Counted from the first letter of the stretch, positions 53,722 through 63,924 are shown. The stretch is DNA of 64,000 nucleotides from Bacillota bacterium (GCA_036788815.1 DAIQMS010000002.1:17485-81484), one strand, 5' to 3'. Made by a program: numbers and translations. Notes: generated by a model not told the origin, from the letters alone.

Positions 53722-55461
53722 ATGAGCTCTTGCGAAATCAAATCCTTGCCGAGCCAAAAAGACGCCGCCAAGCGGAGCGAAGTCACGCCCCGGCTCATTT
53801 CCTCGAACGTCGTTCCCCCGGCTTTAAAAGCGTTTGCCCAAGGCAAAACCTATTCGATCCGGACCTATGGCTGCCAAGCCAATATCCGCGATGAAGAGAT
53901 CTTCGCCGGCTATTTGGAACGGGCCGGCTTCACGAAAGCCGCGTCCTTTGAGGAAGCGAATCTCGTCTTGATCAACACCTGTGCCGTCCGCGAGAACGCC
54001 GAAGAGAAAATCTATGGCGAAATCGGGCTTTGCAAGGCCCGGAAAGAAGCCGATCCGGATTTCCTTCTTGTCTTAGCGGGTTGCGTGATGGGCGAAAACG
54101 GCGTGGCCGAGAAGCTCATGAGCACCTATCCCTATATCTCGCTCATCATCGGCACCCACGATGTCGCGAATATTCTGACGCTTCTCGATGAGGTCGTCCG
54201 GAGACGGAAGGCGATCGTCGACGTCCGCAGTTTCGCGGGCGAAGTGGTGGAGTCGCTCCCTTCGGTCCGGCTTTCGCCTTTTGAGGCCTTCGTGAATATT
54301 TCCTATGGCTGCGATAAGTTCTGCACCTATTGCATCGTGCCTTATACCCGGGGGCGGGAAAGAAGCCGCTACGCCAAAGACATCCTCAAAGAGTGCGAGG
54401 ATTTGGTGAAGCATGGCTACAAAGAAATCACCTTATTGGGCCAAAACGTCAATAGCTATGGCCTCGACCTCAAAGACGGAACCACCTTTGCCTTGCTCCT
54501 CGAAGAAGTGGCAAAGTTAGGGGTTCCACGGCTCCGCTTTCTGACCTCTTATCCTTCGCAATTCACCGATGAGATGATCGAGGTCATGGCCCAATACCCA
54601 AACATCGTTCCTTGGCTTCATTTCCCCGTTCAGTCGGGGAGCACCTCTTGCCTCAAGCGGATGGGGCGCCGCTACACGAGAGAAGGTTATCTTGCCCTCG
54701 TGAAGAAGTTACGGGAGGCGATGCCTAATATCGCGATCACGACCGATATCATCGTCGGCTTCCCCGGCGAGACGGAAGAAGAATTCGCCGATACGTTATC
54801 CTTGGCGGAAGAAGTCCATTACAGCGCTGCCTTCACCTTTATCTATTCGCCGCGGGTGGGGACCCCTGCCGCAGCGATGGTTCAGGTGCCTGACGAAGTG
54901 AAACACGAGCGATTCGACCGGCTCAAGACCGTGATCGAGAAAACGACTTCCGAGCATTCGCTTTCGATGGTCGGGAAGACCTTTGAAGTGCTCGTCGAAG
55001 GACCCTCGAAACGGAATGACGAAGTGCTTTCGGGCTACGCCACGAATGGCAAACTGATCAATTTCAAAGGTCCGGCCTATCTCACGGGCTGCCTCGTTCC
55101 CGTCAAAGTCACGATGAGCCATACCTATTCGCTTTTGGGCGAGTTAGTCGGGGATCCGATTCTTTTGAAAGCCAAAGACGTCGCGTTCCTCATGAGCAAA
55201 GATCCGCTCCTCAAAGAATATCTTTCGCTCGATGAGGCGATCCGGAACGATCCGACGATCAAAGCGCTTGGCGAAGGTCTCGTGAAGAGCAAAAAAGCCA
55301 TGGCGCTCGATATGATGGATAAAGTCAAATATGCCGCCGATAAAAAAGAATACGAAACGATTTTGACGAAGATTCAAACGAACCCGCTTCTCCAGAATCG
55401 GGAAGCGCTCCTGGACCAAGTCGAGGAAAGCCTGCTTGAGGTGAGGGACGCCCTCAAATGA
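53722..55461 (+). CDS. miaB: tRNA-i6A37 methylthiotransferase MiaB fused to a C-terminal YmcA/RicA (YlbF-family)-like domain
   Basis: UPF0004, radical-SAM (CDKFCTYCIVPYTRGRE) and TRAM domains, followed by a roughly 130-aa helical extension (LKEYLSLDEAIRNDPTIKALGEG...KEYETILTKIQTNP). Its character matches the separate ymcA gene that follows miaB (ymcB) in B. subtilis. Confidence 0.8.
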   Translation: MSSCEIKSLPSQKDAAKRSEVTPRLISSNVVPPALKAFAQGKTYSIRTYGCQANIRDEEIFAGYLERAGFTKAASFEEANLVLINTCAVRENAEEKIYGEIGLCKARKEADPDFLLVLAGCVMGENGVAEKLMSTYPYISLIIGTHDVANILTLLDEVVRRRKAIVDVRSFAGEVVESLPSVRLSPFEAFVNISYGCDKFCTYCIVPYTRGRERSRYAKDILKECEDLVKHGYKEITLLGQNVNSYGLDLKDGTTFALLLEEVAKLGVPRLRFLTSYPSQFTDEMIEVMAQYPNIVPWLHFPVQSGSTSCLKRMGRRYTREGYLALVKKLREAMPNIAITTDIIVGFPGETEEEFADTLSLAEEVHYSAAFTFIYSPRVGTPAAAMVQVPDEVKHERFDRLKTVIEKTTSEHSLSMVGKTFEVLVEGPSKRNDEVLSGYATNGKLINFKGPAYLTGCLVPVKVTMSHTYSLLGELVGDPILLKAKDVAFLMSKDPLLKEYLSLDEAIRNDPTIKALGEGLVKSKKAMALDMMDKVKYAADKKEYETILTKIQTNPLLQNREALLDQVEESLLEVRDALK

Positions 55462-56336
55462 TCCTTGTTTTGACCGGGGCCACCGGAAGCGGCAAAAGCG
55501 AATTGGCGATCTCCTTGGCCAAAGACCTTGATGGCGAAATCATCAATGCCGATGCCTTTCAGGTTTACCAAGAACTCACGGTCGCGACCGCCGCTCCCAC
55601 CGAAGAAATGAAGAAAGAGGTACCCCATCATCTCTATGCTTTCGTGCCGCTTACGAAAGGCTACGATATCGCCCATTATCAAAAGGATTGCCGAAAAGCG
55701 ATCGCCGAGGTTCAAAGTCATGGCAAGCTTCCGATCCTCGTCGGTGGCAGTGGGCTTTATATCCGAAGCGCCCTCTACGATTACGACCTTTCTCTCGATA
55801 CCTCGAAAGTGGATATGAGCCCCTACGAAGGGTTAAATGATGGGGATTTGCACAGGAAATTGGAAGAACTCGACCCTATAGAAGCTCAAAAGATCAGTCC
55901 CAATAACCGGAGGCGGGTCCTCCGCGACATCCAGATTTGCTTGGCCGGCGGGGAAAGCAAAACCGCCCTTTTAGCCAAGCAAAGCCATCAGCCGATCTAT
56001 CCGGTTCGTTTCTATGAGCTCGACAAGGAACGGGAGACGCTTTACGCCCATGCCGAAGAAAGAGTGGAGACGATGTTCGCCTCGGGCCTTTTGGAAGAAA
56101 CGGTGCCCCTCATCGAGAAATATGGCCGGAAGGCGATGGCCTTCAAAGCGATCGGGGTGAAGGAACTCTTCCCGTATCTCGATAAGCAAGCGAGCCTTGA
56201 GGAAACGAAAGCCCTCATCAAAACCAACACGCGGCATTATATTAAGAATCAGTACACCTGGTTCCGGCATCAGTTTTCGCTCGTCTCGGTCTCATCGAAG
56301 GAGGATATCGAAAAGGATTATGCGCACTATCGATGA
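55458..56336 (+). CDS. miaA: tRNA dimethylallyltransferase
   Basis: P-loop LTGATGSGKS. Full-length MiaA similarity. Confidence 0.9.
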   Translation: MILVLTGATGSGKSELAISLAKDLDGEIINADAFQVYQELTVATAAPTEEMKKEVPHHLYAFVPLTKGYDIAHYQKDCRKAIAEVQSHGKLPILVGGSGLYIRSALYDYDLSLDTSKVDMSPYEGLNDGDLHRKLEELDPIEAQKISPNNRRRVLRDIQICLAGGESKTALLAKQSHQPIYPVRFYELDKERETLYAHAEERVETMFASGLLEETVPLIEKYGRKAMAFKAIGVKELFPYLDKQASLEETKALIKTNTRHYIKNQYTWFRHQFSLVSVSSKEDIEKDYAHYR

Positions 56337-57015
56337 TCGAAGCGCCCTCCTTTTGGGGAAGGAGAACGTCGCGCTCCTCAAGAATAAGAAAGTCGCCATC
56401 TTCGGCCTCGGGGGCGTCGGAGGGACCTGCTTTGAAGCGCTCGTCCGCTCGGGCGTGGGCCATATTTACGCGATCGACCGCGATGTGGTGGATGAGTCGA
56501 ATCTCAACCGCCAGATCCTTTACCTCGCTTCGGATGTCGGGGCAAAGAAAGCCGGGGTGGCCTTCTTAAGGGCCAAAAGCATCCGGCTCGACGTCGAAGT
56601 GCTTCCGGAATGCTATTCGGTGAGCGCGGAGTCGTTCAAGGAGCACGATTACTCCTCTTGCGACTGTCTGATCGATGCGATGGACGACATCCCCGCGAAG
56701 ATTGCCCTCATCTCTTATGCCTTAGCCCACGATATCCCGTTTTTCATTTCGCTCGGGATGGGCAACCGGCTCGATCCGAGCCAAGTCACCCTTTGCCGGC
56801 TCGATAAAACGGAAGGCGATCCGTTAGCGAAGAAACTCCGAAATGAGCTCCGGAAACAGGGGATTGACCTCAAAAAAATCACCGGCGTCCTTTCCGAAGA
56901 ACTGCCGCTGGTCCGGGGGCAAAAGCCCGCTTCGCTTATGATGGTGCCTTCGGAAGCGGGCCTCCTTTTGGCCTCGAGCGCACTAAAAATTCTTTTAAAT
57001 AACCCCTCGAAGTAA
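56320..57015 (+). CDS. tcdA: tRNA threonylcarbamoyladenosine dehydratase (ThiF/MoeB-family, TcdA/CsdL-like)
   Basis: Rossmann motif VAIFGLGGVGG and ESNLNRQ motif. ATG 56320 overlaps the miaA end by 17 nt. The track ORF from 56197 is an out-of-frame extension. Confidence 0.75.
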   Translation: MRTIDDRSALLLGKENVALLKNKKVAIFGLGGVGGTCFEALVRSGVGHIYAIDRDVVDESNLNRQILYLASDVGAKKAGVAFLRAKSIRLDVEVLPECYSVSAESFKEHDYSSCDCLIDAMDDIPAKIALISYALAHDIPFFISLGMGNRLDPSQVTLCRLDKTEGDPLAKKLRNELRKQGIDLKKITGVLSEELPLVRGQKPASLMMVPSEAGLLLASSALKILLNNPSK

Positions 57016-57063
57016 TATCCTAAATCGGTAAAGAAACAGCATTGTTTTTGGAGGAAGTTTTCC

Positions 57064-58680
57064 ATGAGTCTTTTAAAAATAAACGAAATCGCCGCTAACG
57101 CGGGGATTCCAAGCGAGTATGTGATTCCTTATGGCTTCTACAAAGCCAAGATCGATACCGCGATCAACGAGAAGTTGGTCAATAAGCCGGATGGCAAATT
57201 GGTCCTCGTGACTGCAATCACCCCGACCAAGGCCGGCGAAGGGAAAACCACGACCTCGATCGCCCTTACCGAAGGCTTTGGCAAAATCGGCCAGAAGGCC
57301 CTTCTTTGCTTACGAGAACCGGCGCTCGGCCCGGTCTTTGGCATCAAAGGCGGCGCGACCGGCGGCGGTCTCGCTTCCGTGGCGCCCTCCGAAGACATCA
57401 ACCTCCATTTCACGGGGGATATGCACGCGCTCACGAGCTCGATCAATTTGATTTCGGCCGTGATCGATAACTCGATTTATCAAGGCAATCCCTTGAACAT
57501 CGATCCGAACCGGATCGTCTGGAAACGGGCGATGGACATGAATGACCGCGCCCTTCGCGAGATCACAGTGGCCCAAGGCGCCAAAAATGGCGTCGTCCGC
57601 CAAGATGGTTTCGTGATCACCGTCGCGAGCGAGATGATGGCGATTATGTGCTTGGCCAAGGACGAGGAGGATTTCCACGCCCGGCTTTGCAAGATCATCG
57701 TCGCCTATGACAAAGAAGGCAAACCGGTGACGGTCAAAGACCTGAGATGCACCCATGCGGTCATGAAGCTCATGAAAGAAGCGCTCAAGCCGAACTTGGT
57801 CCAGACCCTCGAGAACAATCCGGTCTTGATCCATGGCGGGCCCTTTGCCAATATCGCCCATGGCTGCAATAGCTTAATCGCGACCAAGATGGCCCTCAAG
57901 TTAGCCCCGATCGTGGTCACCGAGGCGGGTTTTGCCGCGGATTTAGGCGCCGAGAAGTTCCTCGATATCGCTTCCCGCGAAGGTGGGCTCCATCCGGATC
58001 TTGCCGTCATGGTGGCTACGATCCGCGCCCTGAAGATGCACGGCGGCGAGGCATTTGAGAACCTCAAGACCGAGGATGTCGATGCCCTTTCGAAAGGCAT
58101 GGATAACCTTGAAACCCATTTGGAGAACATCAAGAAGTTCGGTTTGCCCGTCATCGTGGCGATCAACCACTTCGAGAGCGATTCGCCAAAGGAGATCGCT
58201 TATTTGGAGAAATGGTGCGATGAGCATCATTACGAATACGCGTTCCTCGATGGCTTCCTCAAAGGCGGCGATGGCTCGATCGATCTCGCCAAGAAAGTCG
58301 TCGAGATCCTCAAGAACGTCCCGAGCAATTACCATCCGATCTATGATCTTCATAAGCCGATCAAGAGCAAAATCGAGACGATCGCCAAAGAAATCTATCG
58401 GGCGGGCCAAGTCGTTTATGAGCCAAAAGCCCTCGAGCAGATCGAAACCTATGAGAAGATGGGCTTCTCCGATGCCTATGTCTGCATGGCAAAGACCCCG
58501 CAGTCCCTCACCGATGATCCGAAAGTGCTGGGGGCGCCGAAAGGCTTCACCATCACGATCCGGGAGGTCAATCTCTCGGCGGGCGCGAACTTCGTCGTTC
58601 CGCTCACGGGTGCGATTATGACGATGCCTGGCCTTCCGAAGATCCCGGCCGCCGTCCTCATGGAGGATAAGCCTTGGTAG
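57064..58680 (+). CDS. fhs: formate--tetrahydrofolate ligase
   Basis: PTKAGEGKTTTSIAL P-loop. Full-length FTHFS similarity. Confidence 0.9.
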   Translation: MSLLKINEIAANAGIPSEYVIPYGFYKAKIDTAINEKLVNKPDGKLVLVTAITPTKAGEGKTTTSIALTEGFGKIGQKALLCLREPALGPVFGIKGGATGGGLASVAPSEDINLHFTGDMHALTSSINLISAVIDNSIYQGNPLNIDPNRIVWKRAMDMNDRALREITVAQGAKNGVVRQDGFVITVASEMMAIMCLAKDEEDFHARLCKIIVAYDKEGKPVTVKDLRCTHAVMKLMKEALKPNLVQTLENNPVLIHGGPFANIAHGCNSLIATKMALKLAPIVVTEAGFAADLGAEKFLDIASREGGLHPDLAVMVATIRALKMHGGEAFENLKTEDVDALSKGMDNLETHLENIKKFGLPVIVAINHFESDSPKEIAYLEKWCDEHHYEYAFLDGFLKGGDGSIDLAKKVVEILKNVPSNYHPIYDLHKPIKSKIETIAKEIYRAGQVVYEPKALEQIETYEKMGFSDAYVCMAKTPQSLTDDPKVLGAPKGFTITIREVNLSAGANFVVPLTGAIMTMPGLPKIPAAVLMEDKPW

Positions 58681-58712
58681 TCCCCACCTACGCCCTCTAT
58701 GACGAAGTGGAG

Positions 58713-58901
58713 ATGAAAAAAGAACATCCGTGTTCTTTCCACAGTCGTCTCTTCCAGATCGTCCGGGTGGGCGCCGACATCAAAATTCGCTGTCTTGGCT
58801 GCGGAAATCTCCTCTTGTTGGACCGCGATGCCTTCAACACAAAAGTGAAGCGCGTGGTGGCCCATCATGAAGGTCCCTTGAAAGTCGAGGGGCACAAATG
58901 A
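58713..58901 (+). CDS. small zinc-ribbon protein (hypothetical)
   Basis: Two Cys pairs in a 62-aa protein (Cys8 within PCSFHS; CLGCG). GGAG SD precedes ATG 58713. Confidence 0.4.
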   Translation: MKKEHPCSFHSRLFQIVRVGADIKIRCLGCGNLLLLDRDAFNTKVKRVVAHHEGPLKVEGHK

Positions 58902-58914
58902 GCAAAAACCCTCT

Positions 58915-61008
58915 ATGGATATATGGAGGGTTTTTCTTATTTACAGCATTATTAACCTTGGCAAAAGCTTCTCGTCGCCATCCGGAACGTCCTGGGCTCT
59001 TCGAGGGATTTCGCTCGAACTCCCCTCAAAAGGCCTCATTGCGATCACCGGCGCTTCGGGAAGCGGCAAGAGCACTTTGCTCAATTGTCTCTCGCTTTTG
59101 ACGAAACCGAGCGAAGGGGAAATCCGCTTCCTCAATGAGCGGATCGATTCCTATTCGGAGGAGAAGAAAGAAGACTACCGCGCCTACGAGTGCGCGTTCA
59201 TCTATCAGCATTTCAATTTGCTTGAAGAAAAGACGGCGTTCGAGAACGTCGAACTCCCGCTTCTTCTCCGTGGGGAGGGGGAAAAAGACGCCGCTCTTGC
59301 CGCCCACGTCCTCTTTAAGAACTTCCATCTAGAAGACCTTGAAAAGAAGAAGGCCCGGCTTCTTTCGGGCGGGGAGAAACAAAGGGTTGCGATCTTGCGG
59401 GCCTTGATTGGGAAGCCGAAAACCATCTTCGCCGACGAGCCGACCGGGGCGCTCGATAAAGCCAACGAGGAATTGGTGATGGACACCCTTAAGAAGATTG
59501 CGAGGGACACCTTGGTGCTCCTGGTGAGCCACAATGAGCGGCTGGTCGCTTTATATGCCGAGCGGGAAATTGTCTTGGCGAATGGGAAGCTCCTTTCGGA
59601 CACGCCCTCAAAGAAAGAGAGCGACCCCCCGAACCTCAAGGAATCGCGAGGAAAATCCAGAGGCTGGCTCTTCGCTCTCCTCCGGGAGAACTACCATGCG
59701 GATGGTTTCAAAAACGCCCTGTCCTTCATCTCAGCCTTCCTTTGCTACGTCGCCCTCATCGGCACCTTTGGTTTCTACGCGGGGAGCCACAGCTTGATCG
59801 AGAAAGAGAAGCGGGCGTCGCTTCAGTATCTTCAGGCCTCTTTCGCCAAAACCACGACCTACCCGATCGAGGGCTCGCCCCTCAAACTGAGCGAATCCTC
59901 CCGGCCCGAAGAAAAGGAAGCGGAAGAAGCGCTAGGCTCGCTTCCAGGCCTCCATATCGAGCCGGACTATTCCTATTTCTTCCCCGCCTCGATGGCGTAT
60001 TCCTTCGAAGGCAAAGAAAAGGAGCCGGCCAGCTTCTTGCCCGTTTATGATCTTAGCCTCTCCACCCGGAAGACTTCCTTCTTGAAGTCGGGAGTTCTTC
60101 CCCGAGGGAACGCTTTCGAAGAAGTGCTCGTGAACGAGGAGTTCGCCGCTCTCTTCCCCGAGGATATCCTTGGCAAAAGGCTCACGGTTTTGAAATCCGT
60201 GAGTGTCTCTTCTCTAGGTGCTTTCGATGAGGTGAGCTTCTCTTTCTCGTTCGTGATCAAAGGGATCGTCTCCGAATTCTCCTTCCTCAATTCGCCCAAG
60301 GTCTATTACTCCTATCCTGCCCTCGCCTATGAATTAAGCGAGGTGAAACTCGATTCGATCTCGAAGGCGGAGAAACACGAGGTCGATTGCGCCTCCTTCG
60401 TCCTCGAAAGCGATGGCCATTCGCCCTATAGCGCCTACGATTTCCTCGTCTTCGCCGATGATGAGAACGCGGCCGACCGCCTCAAAAGGAAGGCAGTGGC
60501 CTTAAGCGAGGCCTCTTCCACTTATTCGATCACATCGAACGCCTTTTCGCTCGAGAGCGCCTTCACAAGTCTGACCGAGGCTTTCTCACTCAGCTTGGTT
60601 CCCTTCCTCATCATTGGCTTCCTTGGGGTGAGTTTCATCATCGGCTCCTTGGCCTATTCCTCCTTTTTGGAACGGAAGAAGGAGATGGCGATTCTCCTTT
60701 CTCTTGGGGCCAGGGGCAAAGATGTCCGTTTCCTCTCTTTGGCCCCGAGCGTCTTTACATCATTTAGTGCCGCGGTTGCCGCTTTGGCGTTCGCGCTCCC
60801 CTTAGAACGTTATGGCTCGCTTTTCCTCGAGAAGAAAGCGGGGGTGGCGAATCTCCTTTCGATTCCCTTGGGGAGCTATTTCGGGATTCCGGGATTTCTT
60901 TTCTTGGCTCTCGGTTTCATCAGCCTTCTCCTCCCGCTCCTCGGGGCGGGCATCCCTCTTCGCCACGCCTCCCACAATGAGCTTTCGGAGGAGCTCCGCG
61001 ACGAATGA
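58915..61008 (+). CDS. MacB-type fused ABC transporter ATPase / FtsX-like permease (subunit 1)
   Basis: Walker A GASGSGKST. Signature LSGGEKQRV. Walker B IFADEPTG. Then TM1, an extracytoplasmic domain of about 260 aa and three C-terminal TMs (FtsX fold). The start codon is uncertain. Confidence 0.75.
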   Translation: MDIWRVFLIYSIINLGKSFSSPSGTSWALRGISLELPSKGLIAITGASGSGKSTLLNCLSLLTKPSEGEIRFLNERIDSYSEEKKEDYRAYECAFIYQHFNLLEEKTAFENVELPLLLRGEGEKDAALAAHVLFKNFHLEDLEKKKARLLSGGEKQRVAILRALIGKPKTIFADEPTGALDKANEELVMDTLKKIARDTLVLLVSHNERLVALYAEREIVLANGKLLSDTPSKKESDPPNLKESRGKSRGWLFALLRENYHADGFKNALSFISAFLCYVALIGTFGFYAGSHSLIEKEKRASLQYLQASFAKTTTYPIEGSPLKLSESSRPEEKEAEEALGSLPGLHIEPDYSYFFPASMAYSFEGKEKEPASFLPVYDLSLSTRKTSFLKSGVLPRGNAFEEVLVNEEFAALFPEDILGKRLTVLKSVSVSSLGAFDEVSFSFSFVIKGIVSEFSFLNSPKVYYSYPALAYELSEVKLDSISKAEKHEVDCASFVLESDGHSPYSAYDFLVFADDENAADRLKRKAVALSEASSTYSITSNAFSLESAFTSLTEAFSLSLVPFLIIGFLGVSFIIGSLAYSSFLERKKEMAILLSLGARGKDVRFLSLAPSVFTSFSAAVAALAFALPLERYGSLFLEKKAGVANLLSIPLGSYFGIPGFLFLALGFISLLLPLLGAGIPLRHASHNELSEELRDE

Positions 61009-63803
61009 AGGGCTTAGAGGCGCGTCACTTAGGAAAACGCTTCGGGGAGCAGGTGATCTTTTCCGATGTGACGCTGAGTTTTGAGAAGACGGGGCTCTAT
61101 GCGATTGTCGGGGATTCCGGCAGCGGCAAGAGCACGTTCCTCGATCTCGTTTCGGGGATCGACGTGGCCTACACTGGCGAACTCGTGACGCTAGGGAGTT
61201 TGCTCAAAGACCGGAATGAGGACGCCCGTTCCCGCTTCCGGCTTTCCCATGTGGGTTATCTCCGCCAAGGGAGCGACCTCTTGGAGCTCGAAAGCGCCTT
61301 GGCCAACGTCCTTTTGCCTCTTGAGGCTTCGTCGAGTCTTCCCAAGCGGCTCGCTAAACGGAAAGCGCTCGATCTCCTTTCCTTTGTGAATTTGAAGGAG
61401 AAAGCGAGCCAGAAAGCCAACACCCTCTCGGGCGGGGAAAGGCAAAGGGTCGCGCTTGCCCGAGCCTTGGTGAATGATCCGGAGATCCTTTTGGCCGATG
61501 AGCCGACCGGGGCGCTCGACCCGGAGAATGCCAAGCTGATCTATGGCTATCTTCATGAGCTTTCCAAGAAGCGCCTCGTGATTGTCGTGTCGCACGATTT
61601 GACGAGGAGCAGCCACTATGCCGATCATGTTCTTGCCCTCAAAGACGGGGCCTTCCTTCAAGCGGATCAACCTCCCTTGCTCGAAGGTGGGAACGGGTCG
61701 ATTCCGACCCTTCATAGCCCCAAGGAAAAAGGGACGAACCATCCGCCTTTTTCGCTCTGGCTTCAGCACGGGCTCCATCTTCTCAAAGCCAAAAAGAAAC
61801 GGAGTCTCCTTTCGTTTTCGATCCTTTCTTTCTCGCTTCTCTCACTCGGCTTATCGCTCTACGTCAGCCGCGATCTTTCGGCGAACCTTTCCTCGGCCTT
61901 CACCTCGCTCACCGGCGAAGGGGTGGTCGTGATGGAGAAGGCGGAACGGGGCGAAGCCACCTTCGGGAGAGTCATTTCCGAAAGCGAGGAGAACGTGGAG
62001 AAGATCGCCCTCAAGCATCCGAAATGGATCCAAGACTACGGGGTTAGTTACCTCGCGCCGTTTGAGAGCTATTTTCCCGATGCGAATGAGGCGATCGTCG
62101 ATGGAGATTATTCCTCGGTTGTCATTCCTTCTTTTGGGATAAGGACCTGCGCGGATTTCCTTTGGCTCGATCTTGAGACGGAGCGGGACTTCTATCCCGA
62201 ATGCCCGCCGTTCCTCGAAGAGGATCAGATCGTGGTGGGGCTTCCTTATTCTTCGATGGCCTCAATTTGCCTGGCGCTCCATATTCGGCGGAGCTACGAG
62301 ACCTTAGGCCAATATCTTTCCAAGAAGAGCCTCGCGTTCCGGCTCGAAGTCGCCAACGCGAGCTGGGCTTATGAAGACGAGCAGCTTCTTTCGATCGTGG
62401 CGGTGACCCCAAGCGAAGTGCCTACTCTCTTCCATTACGATCATCGCTGGAGCCGTTACCTCCTCGAAGAGAAGATGCGTTTTCCTTCCTCCGATGAGCC
62501 TGACCATTCGAAGCCATGGATCCTCCAAAAGGTCTTCTATCTCGAACCAAGGAGCACGCCCTACGAGTTCATGAAGGAAGTGAGGAAGGACGAGACCCTT
62601 TCGCCCTATGTTTTTGAACGAGCCTCTTACGAGTATGAGCAAACCCATTGCGTCTTGGGAAGAATGAGCGAGCTCAAGCGGTTCTATGTCTTTTTGGCCG
62701 ATAAGCATTCTTTAGCGCCTTCCCTCATTAGTGAAGTGTCCTCCGATCGGCGTTTTTCCTCGTTTTCACTCTGCGCCGAAGGGAGTTACGAATCCTATCC
62801 CGAAGCCCTCGCCAGCGGCTTCAGCCATCCGTTCTTTCTGAGCGCCAGCGAGAGTAGCGCGAACGCTTTGATCGATGCCTTATCCGTTTCGCCATTGAGT
62901 CAGGCTTTGGTGGAACCGACTCTCCCCAAAGACGCCGTCGAAGGCTCCTATCTCAAACCTCTTTCCTCCGCCCTCTCTTTTTCGAGCGATTTTTCCGCTT
63001 TGAAGAGCGGTCGGCGTCCCGTGGGCGAAGAAGAAGTCGTTCTCTCAACTCATTTAGCGGAGAAGTGGGGCCACCCCCAAGTGGTCTATGGGGCGGGCTT
63101 CGTCTCGAGCAAGGAGGTCGGCGAGAATCTCGAAAGGGATTACCGCGGCTTTGAGCTCAAGGTGGTGGGGACGGCGAGTTCCGAGAACGATGTCCTCTAC
63201 GCCGAAAGCTATTGGCCGATCGATTTCTACCGCGACGTCTTGGGTTTGAGCGCTTTTTCTTTGGAGCCGGACAAACTTCTTCTTAACCTCAAGGACCCTT
63301 CCAAGAGCCAGGAGGTGATCTCCGCTTTGGGCGCCAAATACCCCGCTTACCATTTCGTCGATCCTTCCTTGAGCGTCAAAGATTCCCTCTCGGGTGTGAT
63401 TTCTTCGATCGATCTTCTCCTCAGGATTGCGAGTGGCCTCACGCTTTCGATTTCTGCCTTCCTCCTTTTCACAGTCGCTTTATTGACCTCGCTCGAAAAT
63501 CGAAATGAAGGCAAGATGCTCTACGTCCTGGGCATCCCGCGCGAAGCGGTGGCAGAGTCCTATGGGGCGACCTTGTCCCTCCTGACGGGAGGCGCGGCTT
63601 TACTTGCCCTCATCGAGCTTTTCTTCGCCGAGTATTTCTTCGATCGGGCGATTCAGTCGAACTTCGGTTCCAGCCGGGCCTTCGCTTTCGATCTTTTGCC
63701 CTTCGGGGCGATGGCTCTCGCCGGGCTCGTGGGCCTCTTCTTGGCCTATTTTCTCCTCCGGGGTTGGGTTTATCGACGAGATTTCTCCCGAGAAGGTCGC
63801 TAG
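61005..63803 (+). CDS. MacB-type fused ABC transporter ATPase / FtsX-like permease (subunit 2) with a roughly 500-aa extracytoplasmic domain
   Basis: Walker A GDSGSGKST. Signature LSGGERQRV. LLADEPTG. Start overlaps the upstream stop (ATGA). Three C-terminal TMs. Confidence 0.75.
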   Translation: MKGLEARHLGKRFGEQVIFSDVTLSFEKTGLYAIVGDSGSGKSTFLDLVSGIDVAYTGELVTLGSLLKDRNEDARSRFRLSHVGYLRQGSDLLELESALANVLLPLEASSSLPKRLAKRKALDLLSFVNLKEKASQKANTLSGGERQRVALARALVNDPEILLADEPTGALDPENAKLIYGYLHELSKKRLVIVVSHDLTRSSHYADHVLALKDGAFLQADQPPLLEGGNGSIPTLHSPKEKGTNHPPFSLWLQHGLHLLKAKKKRSLLSFSILSFSLLSLGLSLYVSRDLSANLSSAFTSLTGEGVVVMEKAERGEATFGRVISESEENVEKIALKHPKWIQDYGVSYLAPFESYFPDANEAIVDGDYSSVVIPSFGIRTCADFLWLDLETERDFYPECPPFLEEDQIVVGLPYSSMASICLALHIRRSYETLGQYLSKKSLAFRLEVANASWAYEDEQLLSIVAVTPSEVPTLFHYDHRWSRYLLEEKMRFPSSDEPDHSKPWILQKVFYLEPRSTPYEFMKEVRKDETLSPYVFERASYEYEQTHCVLGRMSELKRFYVFLADKHSLAPSLISEVSSDRRFSSFSLCAEGSYESYPEALASGFSHPFFLSASESSANALIDALSVSPLSQALVEPTLPKDAVEGSYLKPLSSALSFSSDFSALKSGRRPVGEEEVVLSTHLAEKWGHPQVVYGAGFVSSKEVGENLERDYRGFELKVVGTASSENDVLYAESYWPIDFYRDVLGLSAFSLEPDKLLLNLKDPSKSQEVISALGAKYPAYHFVDPSLSVKDSLSGVISSIDLLLRIASGLTLSISAFLLFTVALLTSLENRNEGKMLYVLGIPREAVAESYGATLSLLTGGAALLALIELFFAEYFFDRAIQSNFGSSRAFAFDLLPFGAMALAGLVGLFLAYFLLRGWVYRRDFSREGR

Positions 63804-63825
63804 GGATGGCCTTTTTGAGAAACTC

Positions 63826-63852
63826 AGCGTTTTTTGTTAACGCTTTTTCTTT
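63826..63852 (+). terminator. rho-independent terminator after the ABC pair
   Basis: AGCGTT-ttttgtt-AACGCT followed by TTTTCTTT. Confidence 0.6.
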
Positions 63853-63924
63853 GGTGGGTGTATAGTAATCCGCGGTTGGTTAGTGTCGTGTAGATACGAA
63901 CGAACTAGAAAGGTTAGATACTCC

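Noticed and set aside
58898-59101. 67-aa ORF (MSKNPLWIYGGFF...) overlapping the start of the first ABC gene
   Set aside because: Different frame from the well-supported ABC ATPase N-terminus and Arg/Ala-rich after 20 residues. Likely spurious, though the true start codon of the ABC gene remains unresolved.
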